Of a stretch of DNA of 64,000 bases, positions 45,101-54,100 are shown piece after piece. The translations under genes were made by a program, and so were the position numbers. Each line of letters starts with the position of its first letter. The first letter of the stretch is position 1. The DNA comes from a virus, in the IMG/VR virus record IMGVR_UViG_3300035126_000842, positions 1 through 64,000 of that record; one strand, given 5' to 3'. Below the pieces are notes generated by a model that was given only the letters and a program-made list of their open reading frames with translations, was not told where the DNA came from and made no database searches.

Positions 45101-48100
45101 ACAGCATTTACTTTAGCGATTGCTTCAGGTGTCATCAAGTCAATTAGCATCATTTTAGATCTAGGATCTGAATATAAAATGCGTAATTCACTTAATGTTT
45201 TACCTAGTTCTGACCGTCTTGCATTTAGTTCTTTTAATTTACTTGTAAAACTGGCAGATTTATTATTTGTATTTTCTATGTTACTAAATATCTGCTGTAC
45301 TAATGCAAAATATTCATCTTTTCTTTTGATATAAGTATTTTCAGCTAACCACTGACTAAATTCAGGACTATTAGCACCTAGCAGTTGTTCGTTTAGTTTA
45401 TAAGCTTCAGCAAACTTTTCTATAGTTTCTTCTCTTTCTATTTCTAAAGTGTTTTCAGTAATAGTATAGAAGTTTTTATACTCTTTAGCATCTTCGTAAT
45501 CTTGCCCTTCTTTAAGTTCACCGTTTCTTTTTCTTAAACTAGTTACTTCATTTAACAATATATATTGTTGTTCTATATCTTCTTGATACTGAAGTATATT
45601 GTCTTTTGATTCGGGTGAATCTATTCCTTGTTCAACTTTTATAGCGAGTTGTAATGTAGAAATCTTATCTTCTATTGCAAGACGTTTGATAAATATTCTT
45701 TTACCCCAGTCTGTAGCAAGCATTTGTTTTCTAGTACTATGCCCTGATAGTACAGAACCAAAGAAATATTTATCCTTAAGTTCTGATATTTCTCTAGCTT
45801 TTTCAACTTCTAAATTTAAGTCTTTATTTCTACGGGCTTGCTCTTGTTCAGCTTCTAATCTTCTTAAATCATTAGTTGCTTTAGATACTAAAGTTGAATG
45901 TAAGAATTCATAATAGTCGCTTTTTTCTTCTAATTCTATTTCTCTACCTTCATCACCTTCTTCTACAGACTTAACTAATCGGGTACCTTTAGTAATAATC
46001 TGCCGGTATTTGTTAGAATAGTTATACTTAGTTATTCCTGCTTTAGATTGTAACTCATTAAGTTTTTCAAAGTAATTAGTATAAACACCAACCATGTTAG
46101 CTTCTACATTATTGTATGCATTTTTCACAATACTACCTAATGTTCCATATACAGGGTCTGAAGATTGTATAGCGGATAAAACATATCCCTCAAGAAAATT
46201 AGAGTCACCTGCTTTACCGCTTAATAAATCTTCCATCTTCTGTTCAGAAATCAGAAGTTGGTCGCGTGTTTTAATATAGTATGCTTTTCTACTTTCTAAC
46301 AGAGGGTTAGAACCCTTAGCAGCAATTTCCTCTTCAATTTTATTGATGGCATCATTATACAATGAAGTTATACTGTCATTAACAGTAGATACTGTCATAT
46401 ATATAACATCTTTTATGTTTTTAAACCGCTGATCTTTTAACTGCTTTTGTCCGTTTTGTGCATTGACTATTGTTTCATTAAGAGATTGTGCTATAGAATT
46501 TTTAGGATCTATGCTAACAATAATTTTATTTAAACTTCTAGCAAGTGTTTCAAAAGATTTTAACATGCTTTCAAGTTTGTCTATTAAAACTAGATTTTGT
46601 CTAAAATCATCGCTAGATGTTTTATCAATCAATACTGTTTTATCAGGTCCCGCTAAATTATTAACAAGAGCTTGCATTTCTAACATACTGCTCATTAAAC
46701 GATATGCTTTTTGGGCATCGTTCTTTTCTATGTTGAGTGCTTCCCTTATTTCATCTGCCAGCTCTAACTGTTCTTCTATAACATATTTTCTATCTAGAGC
46801 AATTTCCTGTTTAATCTTTTCGAGATTACCTGTTTCAGAATTAAATATGATTGCTGCCAAATCAGGATCAATCATACTGTTATTAGTAAAGTATTCAGCA
46901 TTAGAATTTACTAATGATGTTAATACTTTTAAAAAGTCTTCAAGATTTGATAGACCAAACTTTACATTCTCCGGGTTTTTTGCAGCTTCTTTATTGTAGA
47001 CAGTCGCATCTGATATTAACTTTGCTGTTTTTTCTATTTCCTCTTGTACTTTAGTTAAATACTCTACATAATCTTGTGTAGTAAAGAGCTCTGCGTTAAG
47101 GTTGAACTCGCTCATTTTTAGCATCTCAGCTAAATCTGATAACGAAGTATAGGGAGATAGTTTACTTATGTTAATTTTAGAACCAAATATTTTTCTGAAT
47201 AACTGCTTAAGAGCGTAAAAAATTTTGTTTACAAAGTTATACAGAATACCATCCTCTTTGTTTTCTAGAAGTCTTTCTCGTGCTACGTTTTCAAGAACTC
47301 TTGTAATGTATTCTCGTTTGTAAGCGTTTGTATCAAAAGAGTATGCATTGGGATCATTGTCGATTTCGTTTTGCAATCTCTTTTCTACACCAAGTTGATA
47401 TGTAGCATCTACAGATTTACTTTCTTCAAAAAGATTATCAAAAAGACCTGGGTTTTCTTCTTCGATAGATTTAACCAAAGGGTGTAGGAATTCGTGTATT
47501 AATGTTTCAGGTGTTACATTACCTGATATTATGTAAACGGTACCTTTGTAGAAGAAAGACACACCCTGTCCTGTATAAGGGTTTGCTGCAGATTTAGTTA
47601 TTTCTCTAGCGTCAGCATCAGATACTACTTGATAATTAATAGTAGGAAAAGCACGTTGTAAAGTATCTAACACAGAAGTTAAAAAGTTATTAGCTTGCGC
47701 TGAAACTAGCTTATCAATATCAGAAGTTTTCATATTCTCATATTTGAGTATAGCTTCTTCTTCTAAACTATTAGCATATCCCGGAGCAATATTATTAATA
47801 GACTTTCTTTCTTGTGCTGTAAAATCAGAAGCTACAAGAACTTTCATCATATCAGGACTAATATTTATTCCTATTGAATAAACATTATTAGATAGCTGAA
47901 CATTTGCTACTAAAGAATTCCATTTTTTATTAATAGAGTCAGCAATCTTTTCAGCTATTTTTTTATTATCAGTATTACTAGGTCCTGATATCTGATTAGT
48001 ACTTCCCCATTTTCTTATAGTATTTTGAAGGGTAACATCATCTGTATATTCTACAGCAGCTACACCATAACCATACTGTAACATTTGTTTTGTTACATTA

Positions 48101-48129
48101 TCTTTAAAATCATTAATAGTACAATTCAT
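42166..48129 (-). CDS. giant virion-ejected protein with zincin-like (HEFLH) domain
   Basis: 1987 aa, mostly helical; TLIHEFLHP; last gene of the RNAP operon. Confidence 0.75.
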   Translation of the reverse strand: MNCTINDFKDNVTKQMLQYGYGVAAVEYTDDVTLQNTIRKWGSTNQISGPSNTDNKKIAEKIADSINKKWNSLVANVQLSNNVYSIGINISPDMMKVLVASDFTAQERKSINNIAPGYANSLEEEAILKYENMKTSDIDKLVSAQANNFLTSVLDTLQRAFPTINYQVVSDADAREITKSAANPYTGQGVSFFYKGTVYIISGNVTPETLIHEFLHPLVKSIEEENPGLFDNLFEESKSVDATYQLGVEKRLQNEIDNDPNAYSFDTNAYKREYITRVLENVARERLLENKEDGILYNFVNKIFYALKQLFRKIFGSKINISKLSPYTSLSDLAEMLKMSEFNLNAELFTTQDYVEYLTKVQEEIEKTAKLISDATVYNKEAAKNPENVKFGLSNLEDFLKVLTSLVNSNAEYFTNNSMIDPDLAAIIFNSETGNLEKIKQEIALDRKYVIEEQLELADEIREALNIEKNDAQKAYRLMSSMLEMQALVNNLAGPDKTVLIDKTSSDDFRQNLVLIDKLESMLKSFETLARSLNKIIVSIDPKNSIAQSLNETIVNAQNGQKQLKDQRFKNIKDVIYMTVSTVNDSITSLYNDAINKIEEEIAAKGSNPLLESRKAYYIKTRDQLLISEQKMEDLLSGKAGDSNFLEGYVLSAIQSSDPVYGTLGSIVKNAYNNVEANMVGVYTNYFEKLNELQSKAGITKYNYSNKYRQIITKGTRLVKSVEEGDEGREIELEEKSDYYEFLHSTLVSKATNDLRRLEAEQEQARRNKDLNLEVEKAREISELKDKYFFGSVLSGHSTRKQMLATDWGKRIFIKRLAIEDKISTLQLAIKVEQGIDSPESKDNILQYQEDIEQQYILLNEVTSLRKRNGELKEGQDYEDAKEYKNFYTITENTLEIEREETIEKFAEAYKLNEQLLGANSPEFSQWLAENTYIKRKDEYFALVQQIFSNIENTNNKSASFTSKLKELNARRSELGKTLSELRILYSDPRSKMMLIDLMTPEAIAKVNAVENELFRINIEIDIERGLPKNISEKDIELLHTVRKLYAGDFEYESEEPPANKSLKQTNFALYEKYINISEALKEFRSKQPSNAEQEYINGEWSKFYDIQYKGKTAAYEIYRKEAIQNINNGKYVDIAFISTDNNFIKALKNKDFKKFIDDHHTKYEVSEGGKVSFAYVPNGVHMEQKINDNYKDMIEFRNSKGELIRTNFPSRNYHKVTIKEELKTPRIMGVTINAFGEWLPKPIEVLYAESKGKKITEEFLTNIPDLSDSEYQSFMNSETDLTKYVNTDYYNLKRTDRPLWDLLEYIKSMSFKQQKETSKLGRLNFQVPSFFESNFEAAQKTLSGHTRSGFSSFLSSVKAKLYGKTGDEAEEGFSNITSAETEEEKRTRLKLVSLDFFGDELSKIPVAGKYPIELDKVSMDIPYSMFRYFYSIEEVKEKVKIMPIAKGLEKVLADDENVLKEVDKINKYAFLENNLTIFAGAKNKKEASIRRQMVESFNRTIFEGENTRGFLSDNHMLLKAVNSLTRFTSTVFLSTPESAIRNRVQMGMQNIINLAAQDGVDKKSYSQGEAWAIKYMFGQTTHAYQGGTYTAEQMLVDAFDPKQGSSKQRIGRSFNRSYTQDAADWQSFVLAPRTWLETQGAIKLWAQRMYYEKVKIVTNGVESEIPYMEAWEIKDGKLSLRSGIDQTYDVGGVKFNLIKNRIHQQIALTNGDSSALGKSYGDKFVIYNQVLSMKRFFYMMFMNRFGSSFKYNKEKSFFDAWSFSPRINYATGDVQEGYYITSLRFIANYFKNIFTKNPNFNIYWSTLTPYEKRNLIKTFTDVMIALVLWLTSRMLFEYDPDDEDRYKKLRAKSAPLPFFGTADEGEFHLDGYAFNKALQLILGFQQEHNTFMPLPGMGLQTYTSLFQVKMATLQPSIDLISKSLTYGILAAVGDERGFYDKRVGPYEWQQKDSAKIANLWLKFLGFSGTTTDAILDIQTKESFSRL

Positions 48130-48132
48130 ATT

Positions 48133-48993
48133 TTAGCAACTAGGAGGAACAGGAAACCCTGCAATAGGGTCAATCCCATTGTTAAAGTTATCATTTTTTC
48201 TTACATCTTGATTGTAGTCATCGAAATTTACTGTAGAAAGGTCGTAGTAACTTAGATCTATACCTACAAAACCCTCTTCTTGTAAAAAGTTGTAGAAAGA
48301 AGACATGTCAAAAACCTCATCCTCAGTATCTTTCAAAAACTCATAACCTGTAATGTTTGAATTATTTTGCAAATTATATTTGTTTACATAGTTTTTATAT
48401 AGTACAGGTTCTGTTTCTGGATTTATATATCCTTCTTGTAAACTAATTTTTTCAGGACCAAACGAATCACCAAACATATTTATACCCATTTCTTCATCTA
48501 ATCTAGCTCTTTTAACTAAATCTTCAAACTCTCTCTGTTTAGCAATTTGGTCGTAAGTCATTAACTCTTCTACTACAGGCGATGTTTCTTCTTTAACATC
48601 TACTACAGGTACTTCTTCAAATACATCTTCTTCTACTTTATTAACTGTTTGTGAATCACCAAACTGATTAATACTAGTTTGTCTAAGCATATTAGCATTA
48701 TATTGTTCAATATAACTTTGATAATAAGCATCTATTAAACTTGCAGGAGGTTTTATTTTAAGCTCATGTCCTCCTGTTACAGGATATCTACCTACAATAT
48801 CAGAATTATAGAGCTTGTTTATTTTAGCTGCTATTGCATTAGCTACTTTAAAAGCTTGACCTCTTGCTGAAAAATCACTATCCATAATGATAACACTATC
48901 AAAATTTAGAGATTTTACTCTTTTTGAAATCATAAGAGCTTTTATATCTCTTATTAATCCTTTACGGATATCTTCTTTAGCGCAAATATTCAT
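48133..48993 (-). CDS. acidic hypothetical ejection-operon protein
   Basis: ATG at 48993 overlaps the upstream TGA (ATGA); starts MNIC and ends PPSC. Confidence 0.7.
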   Translation of the reverse strand: MNICAKEDIRKGLIRDIKALMISKRVKSLNFDSVIIMDSDFSARGQAFKVANAIAAKINKLYNSDIVGRYPVTGGHELKIKPPASLIDAYYQSYIEQYNANMLRQTSINQFGDSQTVNKVEEDVFEEVPVVDVKEETSPVVEELMTYDQIAKQREFEDLVKRARLDEEMGINMFGDSFGPEKISLQEGYINPETEPVLYKNYVNKYNLQNNSNITGYEFLKDTEDEVFDMSSFYNFLQEEGFVGIDLSYYDLSTVNFDDYNQDVRKNDNFNNGIDPIAGFPVPPSC

Positions 48994-49748
48994 ATTCCAC
49001 AACTATTAATGTCTGTTATATCTAAACTGGGTAATCCCGAAGGAGAAATTATAACCTTATTACCACCTACAAACTCTTTAAATTCTTCTATATCTTGTTT
49101 AGAGCCTAATATATGAATTTGTTCTGGTTCAAATACAGAAATTACTGTTTGTATAGGTATAGCGTAATTATCTCCTTCTATTCTGTTTATAACAGCATCT
49201 GTGTTTTTTAAACTTTCATCATATTTAGGAGCAAGTATATTTTGAGAAGTTTGTTTACCTATTTTATATAAAGCTTCCGAAAGAGGTCTATCCATATCAT
49301 CAATGAATTCACCACTTGTTTTTTCTCGAATAGGTTTACTAATATTTAATAAAACAGGTAATATATTTTTACCATATTTTTTACTAAACTCTTTATTAGT
49401 TGTAAAATTATATACTCCTTCAATACTATTTAAAGTATTAAATTTAGGTTTTGTAGGTTTAAACTTATCAAATTGAGCATTTGTGCCATGATAAACAATA
49501 TCTTTTACTTTACTATCGGGAAATATAGTAGAAAGATACTGCATATATTGAGCTTTAGTGCCAATACTTGCAAGTTCTGGTGAATCTTTAAATACACCAT
49601 CAATGGCTTCCATTTTTCTTTTAAATGAATCCATAACATCTTTATTTTTAATAATAGATGTAACAAACTCATTTTTATTATTAATAAAATATTCTTTGAA
49701 TTGTTTTTCAGAATACTGTTTTCCTTTATATGTTATAATACAACTCAT
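48990..49748 (-). CDS. ADP-ribosyltransferase-like (ART-PolyVal-type) protein
   Basis: IVYHGT..FDKF...GVYNFTT...KYG..ILPVLLNI.KP. Confidence 0.65.
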   Translation of the reverse strand: MSCIITYKGKQYSEKQFKEYFINNKNEFVTSIIKNKDVMDSFKRKMEAIDGVFKDSPELASIGTKAQYMQYLSTIFPDSKVKDIVYHGTNAQFDKFKPTKPKFNTLNSIEGVYNFTTNKEFSKKYGKNILPVLLNISKPIREKTSGEFIDDMDRPLSEALYKIGKQTSQNILAPKYDESLKNTDAVINRIEGDNYAIPIQTVISVFEPEQIHILGSKQDIEEFKEFVGGNKVIISPSGLPSLDITDINSCGI

Positions 49749-50425
49749 ACTTCTTTCCAGATTTTATTATTTTTGATTTTATATATAGTCATTTTAGCAA
49801 CATTATACTTGATTGCTAAATCTTTCACAGCTAAATCAGAGTTTCTAATTTCTTTAACGATGTCCCAGTTTAATTTAGATGAAGGATTACTCTCTCCTTT
49901 AACTCTCTCAGAAAGTTTGTTACTTCTATTTAAAGCAGCAAGTCTTAGATTTTCTCTATGTGTTTTAGAGAAAACTTTTTGTTTTCCTGATTCTGACATT
50001 TTTCTTTTAGTTTCATCAGATACATAATGAGATTTACCTACTTTAGATAAACTCAATAATTTCTTAGTTTCGTCAGATACAATTTTACCTTTTAGTTTTT
50101 TAGATATTTTTAGCTTTGTAGATTTTTTTGTGATTCTACCTTTAGCACTATACGCAAATTTTAAATGATTTAATAAATTTTTTGTATTATCTAAAAACCA
50201 TTGTTCTAGTTTAATACAATATTCTGGTGGGCAATAAGCAACTATAGCAGTGCTAAATACTTCTTTACCATGTTTATTATAAATGTTTTGAAGTCTTTTA
50301 TTGCTGTGAATATTTTTCTTCAAACAAAAAAAGTGGTCTTTTAATCTTTTTTTAAGATTAACAGAACTTCCTACATAGTTCTTATTTTTATAAGATATAA
50401 TATATACACCTGAATTTAATTGCAT
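49745..50425 (-). CDS. GIY-YIG homing endonuclease with NUMOD3-type repeats
   Basis: GVYII...YVGSS..LKKR..H; repeated SDETKK(L/R) motifs; C-terminal HTH. Confidence 0.9.
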   Translation of the reverse strand: MQLNSGVYIISYKNKNYVGSSVNLKKRLKDHFFCLKKNIHSNKRLQNIYNKHGKEVFSTAIVAYCPPEYCIKLEQWFLDNTKNLLNHLKFAYSAKGRITKKSTKLKISKKLKGKIVSDETKKLLSLSKVGKSHYVSDETKRKMSESGKQKVFSKTHRENLRLAALNRSNKLSERVKGESNPSSKLNWDIVKEIRNSDLAVKDLAIKYNVAKMTIYKIKNNKIWKEV

Positions 50426-51174
50426 TTTTTCTGAATTATATTTTCTTCTTTTAAAATCTTTTCAACTTGTTCATAATCTTGTAAATATACATCTAAAAAC
50501 TCAGAAAACAAAGAACTTGCTTGTTGTTTTTGTTGTGGGGTTATAGTTCCAATTTCATCAGAAGTTTTAATTCTAAAAGCTCTTTCTTGAGTTACAAAAC
50601 TGTCTGGATATTCTTTACTTGCTTTACCAACATCTCCTATTTTTTCAGCATATCCTTTTTTAACTAATGAGTTTAATAATTGTATTTCTTGACTACTATT
50701 TTGATAATCAGAGTATAAATTACTTTTGTAGTCTTTCTTAGCTAAATCTGCCATTAAAGTATGAACTATTTGTCCATAACCTTTATTCTGATATTCTTCA
50801 TTAATTTCAATAGATAGTCCTAATTGTCCTTTTTCTCCATTGTTTACAAACTTAACTCTACCTATTTTTTTATTATTAAGCTGGATAAACATCCAACCAA
50901 TACTTGTTTCTTCTGATAGTGTTATCCCTTTAGTATCAAATGTAAATTTATTAAACCTTAAAGCTTCATATACAGCATTAGCTAACTCTAGATTAGATTC
51001 AAATAAATCTTCTACTCCTGGTTTTATACCAGTAGATGTTTCTGAAGTAGGAGTAAACCCAGTATCTTCAGTATCTACATACCCTTTTGCTAGATAGTAT
51101 GCTACAGCATCTTTAAAACCTACTTGTTCTACAAGAGATTTAAACTCTTCTGAATTTTTATTTATACAAAACAT
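50416..51174 (-). CDS. GNAT acetyltransferase-like protein
   Basis: IEINEEYQNKGYGQ (Q/RxxGxG acetyl-CoA motif) in a beta-rich core. Confidence 0.65.
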   Translation of the reverse strand: MFCINKNSEEFKSLVEQVGFKDAVAYYLAKGYVDTEDTGFTPTSETSTGIKPGVEDLFESNLELANAVYEALRFNKFTFDTKGITLSEETSIGWMFIQLNNKKIGRVKFVNNGEKGQLGLSIEINEEYQNKGYGQIVHTLMADLAKKDYKSNLYSDYQNSSQEIQLLNSLVKKGYAEKIGDVGKASKEYPDSFVTQERAFRIKTSDEIGTITPQQKQQASSLFSEFLDVYLQDYEQVEKILKEENIIQKKCN

Positions 51175-51175
51175 A

Positions 51176-54100
51176 TTAACAATTTCTTATAATTTCTAAA
51201 ACTTTATTCAATTCATTCTCGTTTATGTTTGCTTTGTCAATAGTTTCTCTGACTACAACTTTAGCTACAAGATTAGGAGGTAAAAATTGCTTATTTATTT
51301 TACCAAATTTTTGATACAAAACAAAGGCGTTTATGTATAATAATCCTGTAAGTATCTTTTCTATTTCAGGATCTCGATTAGTTATAGAATCATATACAAG
51401 AACATTTTTTATTCTTGCTTCATCTTGAATGCTTTTAGTTTCTATAATATTATTACCAAATACATAACGAATGTTAAAATTAACATCTTTTGGTATCTGA
51501 TCATATTTCTCAGAGATACTATCGTAGAATTTTTTATAGAGCTCGTTTTTAACAGTTGCAAAATTTTCACCTTTAGCTACTCTACCTTGTATTGTATTAT
51601 GTACAGACTTAGCTAAACTATAATCAGGAATATAAACTTCTAATTCTGTTTTTGATTCTAGAGTTTGAGTAGTAGGTTTTGCAGTTACAGTAGGTGTAGC
51701 AGATACGTTTTGATATGCCTGTTTTAAAGCATTCATAAACATATTTTTTGGATTTTTACTAGACCATCTACCAGTTCCCATAGTATGAGTAGATTTATCT
51801 AAAAACGCTAAACCTCCTCTTTCTGTAATTTGTGTAACTAGATTAGGATATTGTTTTAACTTATCAGTTATTAATCCTATCATAAGTTTCATATCATAAG
51901 CATCTCCTTCTGTTCCTTTAGGAATGCCTTTTGACATTGCATTGTTTGATTTATACCAAGCTTCTACTGATTGACCATAAGCATCAGCATAAGTTTTTAG
52001 TCCTTTATCTATTGCCCACTTAACCGCTAAATCATTACTATCTAATTTAACAGAGTCAGGGTTTTTTAAAGATTTATCTGTAGGGATTATATCAAATTTA
52101 GATTTACCATTTGTAGCAAAATGTACATTAGTTAAATCATTTCCTAATCCTGTTTGCTTAGAATTAATTTCAATACCTTCACTTACAGTAGGTGTAGTAG
52201 GTTGATTCCAATTATACTCATTTATAAGATAATCTAAAGCTGTAGCATGAGTAGCATATCCTTTTTCTTGATAATATATAATAGGTCTATTTTTCAGTTT
52301 ACCGTTTTTAATATCATCAATAATAGCTTGCCTATATTCAGGTGTAGCTTCAGTAACACCCATGTTATCTCCAGTAATCATCCAGTGTATAAATCGTTTA
52401 GTAGATTTTATACCTTGTTCATCGCGGGTACCTGTTTCAGCTTGCCAGTCAAAAGGATTACCTATTGTTAATGCAGGTTCTCCACTAAGCCTACCTTTAT
52501 AGTTTTGCAAGAAAGTATTTGTTTTTTTACCTCTATATGCAATTATAAGGTTATCTCCAAACCAAGCTCTTGCTTCTGGTACCACTTCACTCCAAAATGT
52601 TTTTGCACTATACTTTACATCAGATAAATCTCCTTGACCTGCTATCTCTACATTAGTAGATTTTGTTTTTTTATCTTTATTAATCTTATCATATATAGTT
52701 CTAGCAGTTTCGGGTTGAGTACTTACCGCAGTTTGTGTAGTATCTGTAGTAGAAGTAGAAACAGATTTTGCAACAAACAGAGTAGATTTAGTAGTCTTAA
52801 TATTTCTGTAAGGAACTACATCTAAAGTGTTTTTAGTTTCGCTTTCTTGTTCAGGTACAACGTATATATAACCAGGTTTTTTATGATTATTAGCAGCAAC
52901 TACATCTGATTCTATAGATTTAAGTAGTTTTTCTAACTCTGGTTTACTCATAGCTACAGTTGCTAAGTTTTTCAACAGACTTTCATTTACAAACAACTGT
53001 TGTACTTTACTAGAAGTAGAGCTAGTATTATTTTGCATAACTGAAAATAATCCTACCCCAGTTAAAATATCACTTAGGACCATGTTATCAAAACTATTGG
53101 ATAAAGTTCTTTTAGTAGGATCAATAAGTGTTTGTATTTGTTTTCTATAGTATTCAAGATTGTCTTTAATACCTACGATTTCAATTTGTAAAGTATCGGA
53201 GTTATCTTTGATTTTAGTATTTAGATTATTTAATACAGGGTATGCTTGTAACAAAACGTTAGCATAAGCAACTTTAATTTGATTAATAAAGTAACCTATG
53301 TTTGTTGAAGTTTGAGATATACTTTTAGTACTTAATACTGATACAGGCATAGAACTAATAGTAGCCATATCTCGTAAGAACAACTGATAAGCATACTGCG
53401 ATTTACTCAAGTTAGGTTTTTTACTTTTTATATCTTTATAGGTAGCATCTTCTTCTATATTTTTATAAACCTGTTTGTAATAAGTAGAATTTTTAAAGTC
53501 GTTAAAAGGATATTTGTTTTTTGCTATCTCATACTCAATAAGATATTTTTCTAGTCTTTTAGTACCTTTAAGAATTCTATAATCTGGCTTAACTATATTG
53601 TAAGCAACATAATAGTCAGATGAATCTAAATCTGAACTAGTACCTGCTGCAAAAAGAGCAATATTTAGTCTATTAACATAAAGAGATTTTTCTACAACAT
53701 TGTTTGCTTCATCAGTAACTTCAATAACTTTTACTGCAGATGTAAGTAATATATTAAAATCGTTTTTAAGTACAGATGTTTGTACAGCATTATTATCTGC
53801 ATCAAACTCAGTACTTGCTATTACGTTAAAACCTTTATATACATCGTTCTTATAACGAGAATTTAAAAGTTTTTGAAGCATTACAGATCTAATGATGTTA
53901 GAATAAAGTTTTATTGCAGTTTTAGTGTCTTTAAAAGGCATCTGTGATTCATAGATTTTATCTTGATAGTGGTTTCTATAGATAAAATCAACAACTTGTA
54001 TCATAGATGGAGACAAGGATTCTAATAAAGTTTTAGGTAGACTTCCGGTATTAATATAAAAAGATGATCTTACACTATTTCTTTTTATAGAAAGCAATGA

